A stretch of DNA of 39,906 nucleotides, from UHGV virus genome UHGV-0235614; one strand, given 5' to 3'. Below are positions 8,937-18,534 of the stretch, piece after piece; position 1 is the stretch's first letter; each line of letters begins with the position of its first letter. The translations under genes were made by a program, and so were the position numbers. Source of the DNA: a virus. The notes beneath the pieces are model-generated. The model worked only from the letters and a program-made list of their open reading frames with translations, was not told where the DNA came from and searched no databases.

Positions 8937-11900
8937 TATCGATACCCCCGCATATATTTATTCAGCTTATTACGTTTCTCAAGTTCTTCTTGCGTATAAG
9001 TAGCTGTTGCCTTTGCTGCTTCTTTTCCGTCAATTACAACCGGAATTTCAAAATAGTATCTCGCATTGATATCTCCGGCATAAGAATAGGATGTATCTAC
9101 CTGAAATGCATTGGCAGATGCCGCCATCCGGTTGATATAACCGGTCGGAATTGCTTCTTGTGCCACACGTTTGGCTGCTTCACGTACTTCCCGGATCTTA
9201 TTCATCATACCAACAGCCATACCCTCTGTAGTGAATTCTCCACTTTCTTCCGTTACTCTTGATGGAGAATGGATTTTCAGAGCATTATTGATTGTCTGTG
9301 ATACCGTGTTGGCCAGTCGATTAGCTGCCGCAATTGCCTTTCCTGAACCACTGTTAATTCCGTTTGCCAGGCCAACGACCGCATAGTAACCACTGCTTCG
9401 GAATTTGCTTTCCATACCATTTACTGTCCACTCCATTGCATTTACATTGCTGACAACCTGTGCTTTTGCAGAAGTCATTCCTCGCGTCACAGCTGTTGAA
9501 AATGCTGTACTTCCCTGATTTGCAGTTGACTGCATGGCATTAAATCCCGTTTTTGTAACATTCGCCATTGCTGTCATTCCAATCTGCGTAATGGTTCTAT
9601 TTCTCTGCATTGCCGTACTGGTAGCTGTATTTACTTTCTGAAATGCTGACGTATAAATCTGTGGTAGTGTTGAAATAGAACGTTTTGCAGCATCCGCAGA
9701 TGTCTTGCCGAAATTGCTTATTATTTTGGTCATTGTAGAATCTAACATTTTCTGTTTAGATTCAATTCCAATTATAAATCCATCAATAGTATCTTGTCCC
9801 AATCCCTTATATACTCTGGATGGGGAACCTGTTTCTAATCCCTTCGCAGTCGAATCCGCTGTAGTTGCTGCAAGGCCTGCGCCAGCAAGTGCAGGTTTCG
9901 GGCTATTAGATATCTCATCAGAAAATGAATCTACAACATTTGTTCCAAGTTCACTAAATATGGTAAAATCTGCTTCATCCAACGCCTGCGCCATTGTCCC
10001 AAGCACACCAGACTCTCCCTTGATATAATCCCGAAGTGTTGCTTTATCAGTATCTGATAACTGCATGGAATCCACAAAAGTATGACTGATGGAATCATAT
10101 GCCTGTTCCCACTGTTCCTGTGCCGCCAGAACTTCATCCACACCGCTGTTCATCATGTCACGCAATAACGGTAATGCTTCCGGTCCAGTAGCACCGATTG
10201 CATTCAAATAACTTTCACTGACTCCTGCATTGATGGCCTGTGAATACAGATCAGCAAACTCCTGTGTTTTCTGAATGGTATCTGCCTGATTCTTCTGAAC
10301 ACTGGACCATGTTGTCTCATTATCTTCCTCAATTTTGTCATTTAAGGAACCGAGACTGTCCGTCATTGTCTGATAAGCATCTGTGATACGGTCTACGGTA
10401 TCCTGCTGTACTTCTGAAAGACTCTCCAGACTGATTTTTTGCTGCTGTGTATTCTCTGACGTAGCCTGTGATGCCGCTGCCTGTGTCTGTGCAACGATTT
10501 CGCTGTACTGCTGTTCCTCAGATTCCAACTGCTGCAGTTTTTCTTTCAGTTCTGTCTGTTTATCTCCCATCTCTGTCATGGTTTTATAATACTGGCGGTA
10601 AGATGTTCCATCTGAAATTGCTTCTTTATATTTCTGCTCTGCATCCGTTCTTGCTTTGGTCGCTTCTTCCAGATCTGCTTCCACTTGTGCCTGATCCTTC
10701 AGAACATTGGTCAGATTTTCCTGTGCTACAGACGCTTCATCCAACCGGGCATAAGCATCCGCTTTTTCCTGCAGCGCTTCACTTGTCATATTTAGCTGAT
10801 CTTTTTCTTCACTATAGGAAAGATTCAAATCATCCATAGAACCATTTAATGTTTCTACCAGTCCCTGCAGTTTTGCTTTATCTTCCGCAGTTTTGCGTTC
10901 CTTTTTGGAAAGCTCCACAATCTGGTCAATCAGTTTTTTATTTGCAGATGTGGTCGCTTTGATATCGTCAAGTTCTTCTTTTCGGCTGTTTTTATTGGAA
11001 TCAATCGCTTCGGTATGTTCATCGATAGCATCTACCAGCTCTTCCCGGCGCTTCTTTTCATCCTGCATTTTCTTATTCAGCTTGCTGATGATTTTTACAA
11101 GAGCAACAATGCCAGCCACACATACTGCAATGGCTGCAACAACTGCTCCAATTGGATTCGCTTCCATAGCAGCATTCCAGATTAATTGTGCTGCCGTGGC
11201 CAAACTGATTTCACCAGAAAGCACACCCACTGCTGCTGTTTTTACAGCAATCGCCACATTGCTTACTTCTGCCGCTCTGGCACCAGCTGTCTCAGCTGCT
11301 GTATTCGCTTCCTGTGCAATCGTCTCTGCATTGACAGACATAGCTGCCGCTTTATTTGCCTGCGCCTGGTATTGTGCCGCAATAGCCGCTTTTCTTTCTG
11401 CGTCTTCACTTGCCTTAGTTGCTGCCGCATTCGTAGATTCCGCTATTGACTTTAATTTTGCAGCTTCTGCACTGAGTTCCGTTGAAGTTGAAGAAGCCGC
11501 ACTGGCTTTTGCCTGCGCTATATCTGCTTTTTCCTGTGCCTTAGCTGCTTTTGTTGCAAGTGTCTTAGCTGCTGTCTGTGCTTCCTCTGCCTTTTTCTGT
11601 GCAACACTGGCTTTTGTGCTTAATTCATGTGCACGTGTAGCCGCAATCGTGGCTGCTTCCTGTGATTTCACAGCTGCTGTCTGGAGATCCATAACACTCC
11701 GCATTGCCTGCAGTCGTTCTTTTCCCTCTTTCCAGACGGTATTTAATCGCTTAACCTTGTCATCAATAGCGATTGCCGCTTTGTATGCCACAAAACCGCC
11801 CGTTGCCGTTCCAAGTACAGGAATCAGTGTATCCAGATTGTTGGTCACCAGCTTTACTCCAGGAGCTGCAATCTTCACGAACTTGCCAACTTCTTCACTT

Positions 11901-12778
11901 GCCACGGTAAATGCAGTATTCACACCAGTCTTTGTGCTCTCCAACTGTTGCTGGAAATTCGGCAGACCAGCTTCGGTCAGACTGTTGTCTGCGGAACGGA
12001 TCACTTTCTCCATTCCACGAACCACTGCTGTATTCAGATTCTGGAAAGATGTTCCAATACCAGCACTGGCTGTTCTCGCCCGCTCTGCAAAACCATTTAC
12101 GCCGCTGTCCAATTCAATCAGCTTATTATTGAACTGGGTAAATGTAATTTGTCCACTCTGTAATGCTGCATACAGATCATTCTGTGCCGATTCACCGGCA
12201 TATCCAAATGCCTCTGCCACATCATATAATGCTGGCCCCATCGTCTCCTGCAGAGTTTTCCAGGATTGGAGATCAACAGAACCTTTGGAAAGCATCTGAA
12301 CATACTGTGTCAGACCTCGTTCCGCGTCTGCCGTAGCTGCACCAGATGCCAGGAACGCATCATTTAATGCAATGGATGTTTTTGTTGCTCCATCCAGATC
12401 TCTGGTCAGAACCGCAATTCCCTGCGTAGAAGATACGATGCTATCCAATGAAGTCGGCAATCCGTCAATTCCGGTTGATAACTGATCCATGGACTTCTGT
12501 GCATCTTCCGCAGAGAATCCGATCTGCTGCATAACTTTCGGATACTGGTTTAAGGTATCAAATCGTTTGATTGCTCCATCCACGGAAGATTTCACCTTAT
12601 TCACAGCCATATCCACCACTTTAAAAGCACCTGCGCCTTTGGCAACATCCATCAGGCTTCTCTTCGACTGTGTTGCTCCGGAATCAATCTGATCCAGTGA
12701 CTTTGCCGCTGCATTCATTTTTGTGGTAAATCCCTGGTCTGCTACACTTAAGACCGCCTGTACACTATAGCTTTCCAT
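8936..12778 (-). CDS. Tape measure protein
   Basis: 1280 aa, Ala-rich helical; RFDTLNQYPKVM N-terminal domain; IHSPSRV motif. Confidence 0.95.
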   Translation of the reverse strand: MESYSVQAVLSVADQGFTTKMNAAAKSLDQIDSGATQSKRSLMDVAKGAGAFKVVDMAVNKVKSSVDGAIKRFDTLNQYPKVMQQIGFSAEDAQKSMDQLSTGIDGLPTSLDSIVSSTQGIAVLTRDLDGATKTSIALNDAFLASGAATADAERGLTQYVQMLSKGSVDLQSWKTLQETMGPALYDVAEAFGYAGESAQNDLYAALQSGQITFTQFNNKLIELDSGVNGFAERARTASAGIGTSFQNLNTAVVRGMEKVIRSADNSLTEAGLPNFQQQLESTKTGVNTAFTVASEEVGKFVKIAAPGVKLVTNNLDTLIPVLGTATGGFVAYKAAIAIDDKVKRLNTVWKEGKERLQAMRSVMDLQTAAVKSQEAATIAATRAHELSTKASVAQKKAEEAQTAAKTLATKAAKAQEKADIAQAKASAASSTSTELSAEAAKLKSIAESTNAAATKASEDAERKAAIAAQYQAQANKAAAMSVNAETIAQEANTAAETAGARAAEVSNVAIAVKTAAVGVLSGEISLATAAQLIWNAAMEANPIGAVVAAIAVCVAGIVALVKIISKLNKKMQDEKKRREELVDAIDEHTEAIDSNKNSRKEELDDIKATTSANKKLIDQIVELSKKERKTAEDKAKLQGLVETLNGSMDDLNLSYSEEKDQLNMTSEALQEKADAYARLDEASVAQENLTNVLKDQAQVEADLEEATKARTDAEQKYKEAISDGTSYRQYYKTMTEMGDKQTELKEKLQQLESEEQQYSEIVAQTQAAASQATSENTQQQKISLESLSEVQQDTVDRITDAYQTMTDSLGSLNDKIEEDNETTWSSVQKNQADTIQKTQEFADLYSQAINAGVSESYLNAIGATGPEALPLLRDMMNSGVDEVLAAQEQWEQAYDSISHTFVDSMQLSDTDKATLRDYIKGESGVLGTMAQALDEADFTIFSELGTNVVDSFSDEISNSPKPALAGAGLAATTADSTAKGLETGSPSRVYKGLGQDTIDGFIIGIESKQKMLDSTMTKIISNFGKTSADAAKRSISTLPQIYTSAFQKVNTATSTAMQRNRTITQIGMTAMANVTKTGFNAMQSTANQGSTAFSTAVTRGMTSAKAQVVSNVNAMEWTVNGMESKFRSSGYYAVVGLANGINSGSGKAIAAANRLANTVSQTINNALKIHSPSRVTEESGEFTTEGMAVGMMNKIREVREAAKRVAQEAIPTGYINRMAASANAFQVDTSYSYAGDINARYYFEIPVVIDGKEAAKATATYTQEELEKRNKLNKYMRGYR

Positions 12779-13211
12779 CCTTTTTCCTCCTTTCCTTCTG
12801 CATTCTTGCCGCCTGCATCAGACGTTTGCCAATTCCATGGCGCTTTACCGGTTTTCCGGTCATCGCTTCTTCCACTTTTTCATCGTAATCAAAAAACTGG
12901 CTAAAATTTTTATACACCGGAACTCTCTTTCTGCCCTGCTTTTTCATGGCCTGCACATCCCAACTCTGCCATGCCAGCAAATGCAGCATATATTCATGAT
13001 CTACCTGCTGCAGTCTGTGTGCTTTCATTCGCACGCAGTATTCATACATTGTCATGCGATCAATCTCAGTAAAATCATGCATTCCAAGATAGCGCAGACT
13101 GTTCAGGACAATATTGTCGTAAGTTTCCAGTGAAGATATTATTTCTTGTTCGCCGCATCCATCAGTTTCTGCATCTGTGCCATCTTCGCCTTCGTTGCGT
13201 TGTGCTTTTTT
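12765..13211 (-). CDS. Tail assembly chaperone, -1 frameshifted (GT-type) extension
   Basis: The -1 frame is open from the slippery site at 13205-13211 into the 12765..13082 ORF (...SSLETYDNIVLNSLRYLGMHDF...). Confidence 0.8.
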   Translation of the reverse strand, partial: KKAQRNEGEDGTDAETDGCGEQEIISSLETYDNIVLNSLRYLGMHDFTEIDRMTMYEYCVRMKAHRLQQVDHEYMLHLLAWQSWDVQAMKKQGRKRVPVYKNFSQFFDYDEKVEEAMTGKPVKRHGIGKRLMQAARMQKERRKKDGKL

Positions 13212-13498
13212 AACTCATCAATCACCTCTTCATACAGAGCATCGATGTCGTCCACCTGATCAATGTACGCATCCACTTCTTTCAACGTCGGACGTTTCTT
13301 TTCTGCACAGGTTCCCTCATACAGAAATTCAGCTAATGTTACTGCATCGTTATCCAGAAGCATCGGTACCTTTGTTTCCAGACCGGTTCCAAACTTAACA
13401 CCAGACTGGCTTGTTACAAAATATTTTTCATCCAGTTTTCTTACAAATCCAATCCCGAAATGAATCTCATAATCGTTTCCATTGATATTTAAAACCAT
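13139..13498 (-). CDS. Tail assembly chaperone (G-type)
   Basis: Between the major tail and tape measure genes; FGIGFVRKLD motif; start ATG 13498 after GAGGAGG. Confidence 0.85.
   Translation of the reverse strand: MVLNINGNDYEIHFGIGFVRKLDEKYFVTSQSGVKFGTGLETKVPMLLDNDAVTLAEFLYEGTCAEKKRPTLKEVDAYIDQVDDIDALYEEVIDELKKHNATKAKMAQMQKLMDAANKK
13205..13211 (-). promoter_or_regulatory. -1 ribosomal frameshift heptamer A AAA AAG
   Basis: TTA AAA AAG in frame 0; the -1 frame has no stop until 12765. Confidence 0.8.
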
Positions 13499-13517
13499 GT
13501 GATTTTCCTCCTCATTC

Positions 13518-13545
13518 AAAAAAGAGAGCAGCCTACGCCGCTCTC
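13518..13545 (-). terminator. Intrinsic terminator after the major tail gene
   Basis: gagagcggc-gtag-gctgctctc then T6. Confidence 0.7.
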
Positions 13546-13558
13546 CCTATATCAACTT

Positions 13559-14092
13559 TTACGCTCCAGTTTTCTGAGTATCTGCAAACACATACTCCGC
13601 CGCTTCCTGCTGCTCTGCAGTCACGGTTACATCTCCGCGTTTTCCCGCGCCATTCAGACCAAAGGTCAGTGATAATTCCACAAAATCATCTGCAGGAGAT
13701 GTCTTCTCAAAACTGGTCAGATATCCCTGGAAATACATGCCTTTGAACTTATTAGATCCAGAAGAAGCTTCCGCAAGATTTGCTTCCCATACTTCCATCA
13801 GTTCATCATTGTCCATTGCATCTTCCAGTTCATCGATCAGTTCATCCCCTTTGGCAAGGATGGATGATACGGTGATCTCTGTCTCCGTAGTACCCGGTGT
13901 ACGGATTGGTCCATCCTTTGTCATGGTAGAATCCGCATCTTTACTCTTGGTTCTTCCGTTTTCCGTTGTAAATGCAATCGTTTTTGCATCATTGCTTGCA
14001 GCTTTTGATTTGATGCGGAACAAGTACACGATTTTTTTACCCTGTACGGCTTCCGCAAATAACTGCAGTCCCTGTAATTCTCTTACTCTCAT
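13559..14092 (-). CDS. Major tail protein (TP901-1 family) with N-terminal LQLF|A motif
   Basis: AVQGKKIVYLFR, TKDG, YFQGY and QQEAAEYVFADT motifs; start ATG 14092 after AGGAGG. Confidence 0.9.
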   Translation of the reverse strand: MRVRELQGLQLFAEAVQGKKIVYLFRIKSKAASNDAKTIAFTTENGRTKSKDADSTMTKDGPIRTPGTTETEITVSSILAKGDELIDELEDAMDNDELMEVWEANLAEASSGSNKFKGMYFQGYLTSFEKTSPADDFVELSLTFGLNGAGKRGDVTVTAEQQEAAEYVFADTQKTGA

Positions 14093-14102
14093 TTTGTTCC
14101 TC

Positions 14103-14510
14103 CTAACTAAACCAGAATTCCACTTCCAATATTCCATGCAGAAGTGGCTGTTTTGTCGTTGTATCCGGCACAATCCTCTGTGTCACTTCTTTCAGCATCC
14201 AGGAATAATGTGCGGTATGTTCCAGCTTTTTACAAATACTGGTTATTTCAGACAGCAACCCCGATACCGTTCCACGCTGTCTTGGATTGCTGTGCCAGAC
14301 ATTGATTATCTGCTGGCAGCTCCCAATCCGGTTTGATTTTGTCTTTTTTGTATTCTGTTCACTATCTCCCAGATATACAAACGGATATGGTGTTCCTTCC
14401 GGCGGCAGAAATGTATCATACACACCGGTATCCGTATCCTTATACTTTTTTCTCAGTTCAACCAATAGTGCACTGAATAATTCCTGCTGTGGATCCATCT
14501 TATTCCTCAC
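14103..14510 (-). CDS. Tail terminator/completion protein
   Basis: MDPQQELF, VYDTFLP..YPFVY and PLLHG motifs; position upstream of the major tail gene. Confidence 0.8.
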   Translation of the reverse strand: MRNKMDPQQELFSALLVELRKKYKDTDTGVYDTFLPPEGTPYPFVYLGDSEQNTKKTKSNRIGSCQQIINVWHSNPRQRGTVSGLLSEITSICKKLEHTAHYSWMLKEVTQRIVPDTTTKQPLLHGILEVEFWFS

Positions 14511-14839
14511 TTCATAAGTCTGCTCAAATCACTTTTGAACTGTTCCTTCTGCGCATAATAAGCAGGGCGCATAAATGGCTGTGCATTCATGAACCGTGTG
14601 CCCCACTCCACATACGGTGCATATTCTGCCGTTGCTTCGCTTTCTGCAGTCAACACACCATCACGAAGCACCAATGAAATGCTACGTTTCAATGTACCGG
14701 TATCCACCGGAGCATTGCGCTGTGCCTTAGCCTGCAGCTCCGCACCGTTCATCTTTACAACACGTTTCACCGCTTCCAGCTTGCCATTCTGCTGCAGTTT
14801 CTTTCTTAACGCATCTGTTCCTGTTACTGTCAGTTTCAT
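14507..14839 (-). CDS. HK97 gp10-family tail completion protein
   Basis: APVDTGTLKRSI and YAPYVEWGTRFMNAQPFMRPA motifs. Confidence 0.9.
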   Translation of the reverse strand: MKLTVTGTDALRKKLQQNGKLEAVKRVVKMNGAELQAKAQRNAPVDTGTLKRSISLVLRDGVLTAESEATAEYAPYVEWGTRFMNAQPFMRPAYYAQKEQFKSDLSRLMK

Positions 14840-15141
14840 GTCTGCACCTCACTTACGATCAAACACTGCTTTACCCGCAGATTCCTTACAGAATCTACCT
14901 GATACAGCTTATCTCGAATCCGAATATGATCATACGGATCCTGATATCGATTCTGTAGATGGATAGTCAGACTTCCCTGCTGGATTTTTCCATACACCAG
15001 AGTCATTGTCTGTGTTCCTGTATCCATGACAGATGCATAGCGCAATGTTTCCTCTATGGTATCGGCTTCATAATTGCCAGTTTCTGCATCGTATTCTCCT
15101 GGTGTGATCTTCCGGAAATAAATCGGTGTATCGTATCTCAC
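14836..15141 (-). CDS. Head closure / head-tail adaptor protein
   Basis: MRYDTPIYF...YDAETGNY; position in the neck module. Confidence 0.75.
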   Translation of the reverse strand: MRYDTPIYFRKITPGEYDAETGNYEADTIEETLRYASVMDTGTQTMTLVYGKIQQGSLTIHLQNRYQDPYDHIRIRDKLYQVDSVRNLRVKQCLIVSEVQT

Positions 15142-15464
15142 AGGAATTTCACCCGCCCTTTCGTAACCTCTTTCTGACTGTCCAGATATGCCTGTATATC
15201 ATCCATATACCCGGCAAAATCATTTGAAGACCAGGACTGACTTTCTCCCTCTACGGTATGGGAAGAAAGCCCCTCTGATCCGATTTTATTGAATCGAATA
15301 ACTGAAACATCCAAAATAATGTAACTCATTTCCTCTGGTGGTTCTAAACCGCCAAGCAGAAACTTTAACCGCCTCTTTGTGGCATCCAGAATCAAGTTCA
15401 GCTTTTTATCCTGAGACGTATCGTTCTCCTGTATTCCAAGCAACATTTTCAGATTTTCCAGCAT
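15138..15464 (-). CDS. Head-tail connector protein (gp6-like)
   Basis: LKMLLGI...RFNKIGSEGLSSHTVEGES motif. Confidence 0.88.
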   Translation of the reverse strand: MLENLKMLLGIQENDTSQDKKLNLILDATKRRLKFLLGGLEPPEEMSYIILDVSVIRFNKIGSEGLSSHTVEGESQSWSSNDFAGYMDDIQAYLDSQKEVTKGRVKFL

Positions 15465-15476
15465 ATCCCCACCTCA

Positions 15477-15659
15477 TTACTTTCCGGCAGTTTCTTCCAC
15501 TTTTTCAATCAGCGGAACTCCCTGTTTGTTTTTCTCTCCGGCAAGCTCCTCAAGTCTTGCATTTGTCACTTTTACACCTTTCCGGGGAAATGTATCCCCC
15601 GGATGGTATTCATGATCCGCATCATGCAGATCTGTAAAATATTTGATTACTTTATACAT
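15477..15659 (-). CDS. Small head-associated hypothetical protein
   Basis: MYKVIKYFTDL..Y..GDTFPR motif typical of genes following a capsid gene; start 15659 after AGGAGG. Confidence 0.7.
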   Translation of the reverse strand: MYKVIKYFTDLHDADHEYHPGDTFPRKGVKVTNARLEELAGEKNKQGVPLIEKVEETAGK

Positions 15660-15669
15660 TGGCAGCCTC

Positions 15670-16878
15670 CTACGCTCCTGCATTTACAGTAACGGTAACA
15701 TCTCCGGAACGAACAGCCTTATAGTTCTGATCACACTCAACCAAAGTAATGTGATGAGCTGCTGTTGACGCAATCTCGGATTCACCATCCCATTTAGACC
15801 AGCCTTTCACATCCATGCCATAAGTCACAGAAGTTGCCGCTGTTGCATCTTTGTACTTCCAGCAGTTTTTCGGAGACATAAGCTGCTCTTTTACGGTAAG
15901 TTTCGTTTTACCTGTCTCTGAACCTGCTGCAGATGTCACATTGAGAGTTCCAAGTGTCTGTGTATCAGATCCACCAACAGAAATATAGGAAATCGCATCC
16001 AAATATTCACAGAACAGGCGCAGACCCATAATAGCGAACATGTCCGAAATAGCTCTTTCATAAGTACCCTGTACATGGAATCCGATGAATCCGGTTGTGG
16101 AATCTGTGGTATACTGCAGACCAGCTTTTACAAACTCAGAATCGCCCGGATCAACATAATATACAATCATGTTGTTGAGCGGAGTTGCAATAACCACACC
16201 TTCCGGAATCTGCGATGTCATAAACACAACATCTGCTCCCATGAAGTTTTTCATGTATTTAAAACCAAACGCTGTCTGTACGGTGATATCTGCCGCGCCA
16301 AGATACTTATACACATCAAGAGTGTTTACCCATACAGCGACACCGGTTGCTGTACGTTTCATTTCCTGGAACTTATTTACAACCTTTCCGATTGCCATCG
16401 CAAAAGCCATCTGCCATGTAGATTCATGGCCAACAAGGGAACCCGCTTTTAACTGTGCATAGAATCTATCGGATACTACATTGGTCAGATCAGATTTAAA
16501 TTCCTCATCTGTGGACTGTACCGCCGCATCATAGCCTCTCTCTGCGATCGCTTCAAGAGAAACACTTTTACGGTATTTCTCGATTTTAATGGTATCGAAG
16601 TTCTGCTCCTCTACCGTGTACTGAGATAACGGGATCTCATCACCTTCCGGAACGTCACCAGACTGTAAGGTACCTTTTACTTTCTTTGTCTTTAATACGG
16701 ATCCGTTCTCTTTGCGAATCATTCTGGTGATTCCCAGAATATCCAGTAATGCCTGCAGATTCTTACCAAAAGATGTGACAAAGTCAATTTCTCTAGCTCT
16801 TACCTGAATCTGGTCCTGTCCTGTTAAACCTGCTGGTGCCGCAAACACCTGCAGTCCTAATTTTTCAATATTATGCAT
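15670..16878 (-). CDS. Major capsid protein with N-terminal LQVF|A motif and C-terminal beta-rich extension
   Basis: VPEGDEIPLS and KYRKSVSLEAI motifs; downstream of the scaffold gene. Confidence 0.9.
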   Translation of the reverse strand: MHNIEKLGLQVFAAPAGLTGQDQIQVRAREIDFVTSFGKNLQALLDILGITRMIRKENGSVLKTKKVKGTLQSGDVPEGDEIPLSQYTVEEQNFDTIKIEKYRKSVSLEAIAERGYDAAVQSTDEEFKSDLTNVVSDRFYAQLKAGSLVGHESTWQMAFAMAIGKVVNKFQEMKRTATGVAVWVNTLDVYKYLGAADITVQTAFGFKYMKNFMGADVVFMTSQIPEGVVIATPLNNMIVYYVDPGDSEFVKAGLQYTTDSTTGFIGFHVQGTYERAISDMFAIMGLRLFCEYLDAISYISVGGSDTQTLGTLNVTSAAGSETGKTKLTVKEQLMSPKNCWKYKDATAATSVTYGMDVKGWSKWDGESEIASTAAHHITLVECDQNYKAVRSGDVTVTVNAGA

Positions 16879-16892
16879 TCTCTGTATCTCCT

Positions 16893-17558
16893 TTACTGAA
16901 ATAACTCCATATTCTCTGCAATCAAACGCTGTCTCTCCGCAGGATTTGTGATTGCCAGAATCTGATCTTTTGTCATGTTTCCTTTTCCACCACTTCCTGC
17001 CTTTGGTGGATTTCCTTTCAGTGCATCTTTCACTGCCGCCTGCACTGCTGCCTTGTACATCTTCGCAAAGGCCTCAACGGCTGTTTTGGTATCCTCTGCA
17101 TTTTCAGATACCAGATGTCCCAGAAGTTCATCCGGGATATTGATTTCTTCGTCAGCCAGCATCTTCCGCGCTGTCTTTGCCATCTCTGTGATTGCATTCT
17201 GACGTTTCAGATCAGCCAGTTCCTTTTCCAGTTTCTTATTCTGGTACTGTGCCTTTTCCTCTTTTGTCATCTTAGCCAGTTTTTCCGCTTCTGACAGCTG
17301 GTCGTTGGTCAGCGCCTCCCACTTCTCCTGTGCTTTGGTCACTGCTGTGTTGACTGCTTTCTGTACTCTGCGGTCAAACTCTGCCTGATTTCCCTCACCC
17401 TTTAAGAAATCATCAAAAGATAATGCGCCGTTATCTCCAGAACCTGTGCCAGCTCCACCACCGTCTCCATCTCCGGATCCGCTGCCATCTCCACCACCGT
17501 CTGCAAATAACTGCAGGTTGCTCATTGGAACTCTCCAATGCATATTCATAAATTTCAT
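16893..17558 (-). CDS. Capsid scaffolding protein (DUF4355-like) with N-terminal NLQLF|A motif
   Basis: NLQLFADGG, Gly/Asp linker, coiled coil, EAEKLAKM; upstream of the capsid gene. Confidence 0.9.
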   Translation of the reverse strand: MKFMNMHWRVPMSNLQLFADGGGDGSGSGDGDGGGAGTGSGDNGALSFDDFLKGEGNQAEFDRRVQKAVNTAVTKAQEKWEALTNDQLSEAEKLAKMTKEEKAQYQNKKLEKELADLKRQNAITEMAKTARKMLADEEINIPDELLGHLVSENAEDTKTAVEAFAKMYKAAVQAAVKDALKGNPPKAGSGGKGNMTKDQILAITNPAERQRLIAENMELFQ

Positions 17559-17644
17559 AAGTTACCTCTTTCTGCTCCAACCCATTCACTTAAGCCCAGG
17601 TCATTGCGTCGAACCATAGTTTTACGACATTCCGGTCACATCAG

Positions 17645-17932
17645 TTACACAATCCGAATATTTTCCGGAAATTCATTAACAATCAACTGAATGCCAATGA
17701 AAAAGGAATCTACCAGAGTTTTTGACTTTTCTGATAAATTCCCATATTTTATATCAACCCATCCGGGACTGATATCGTATTTTATTTCATCTTCTGTCAG
17801 ATCCTCCACAGATTTGATCAGTGTCTGTGCCAATGCCGTTGCGCCGGCGCAAACAATATCATATCCAAATGCCGCATATCCCGCATGCCCTGATATTGTC
17901 ACACCATCGTCACGGACGTTCACTTCAATCAA
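17645..17932 (-). CDS. prp: Prp-family cysteine protease (phage-related ribosomal protease, DUF464)
   Basis: ISGHAGYA...DIVCAG His/Cys dyad motif; likely TTG start at 17932 after AGGAGG. Confidence 0.9.
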   Translation of the reverse strand: MIEVNVRDDGVTISGHAGYAAFGYDIVCAGATALAQTLIKSVEDLTEDEIKYDISPGWVDIKYGNLSEKSKTLVDSFFIGIQLIVNEFPENIRIV

Positions 17933-17997
17933 ATGCACCACCTCCTGTCGTTCCGGTCATTCCCTGCCGGTGGGAGATATTCTGGATCACCGCCTTT

Positions 17998-18258
17998 CTA
18001 CTTTGGATTGGTTTTCTTGCGTCCTTTTGACTTTTCTACCGGTGCCGTTTCTTCCGGAGTTTTCTCTGCATCTTCTTCCGGAGTTTTCTCTGGAACTTCC
18101 TCTGCTACTTCTTCCGCAGTTTCTTCTACATATTCTTCTGCCACTTTGGCTCCGATTAGAACCTTGGCGCGCTCCTCAGCGCGTTCGATGATAGTGCCGG
18201 CGGCAATATCAATATCTTCTTTTCTGTCATGATAGGTTGTTGTTACTTTTAATTTCAT
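17998..18258 (-). CDS. Hypothetical acidic low-complexity protein
   Basis: 86-aa ORF with RBS; EKTPEE repeats. Confidence 0.7.
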   Translation of the reverse strand: MKLKVTTTYHDRKEDIDIAAGTIIERAEERAKVLIGAKVAEEYVEETAEEVAEEVPEKTPEEDAEKTPEETAPVEKSKGRKKTNPK

Positions 18259-18272
18259 GTTTCTATTCCTCC

Positions 18273-18521
18273 TTACTCAAGATTGATACCTTCCTGTAAT
18301 GCTCTGGTTTCCAGGACTCTCAGATACTCGCCCATGTAACGCTTCTGTTCCATAAGCAGAGCTTTCGGGCATGTTGGTGTGAATTCCAGCTTACCAGCAT
18401 CCCACTTCACCAGCATTTTGTGCAGGCCATCGTGTCGGATCTTGGTCTGCTGGTACTCAGCTTTGAATCTTTCCTTGTAGTCAGAACTCTGCATAAGTTC
18501 AATGGTGTCTTTTAATTCCAT
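18273..18521 (-). CDS. Conserved phage protein (crAss001_48-like)
   Basis: MELKDTIELMQSSDYKERFKAEY...FTPTCP...LETRA motif. Confidence 0.7.
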   Translation of the reverse strand: MELKDTIELMQSSDYKERFKAEYQQTKIRHDGLHKMLVKWDAGKLEFTPTCPKALLMEQKRYMGEYLRVLETRALQEGINLE

Positions 18522-18534
18522 GTTGTTCTCCTCT

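Noticed and set aside
10893..12299. 468-aa plus-strand ORF
   Set aside because: Antisense shadow of the Ala-rich tape measure gene; other plus-strand ORFs in 1100-33760 are rejected for the same reason
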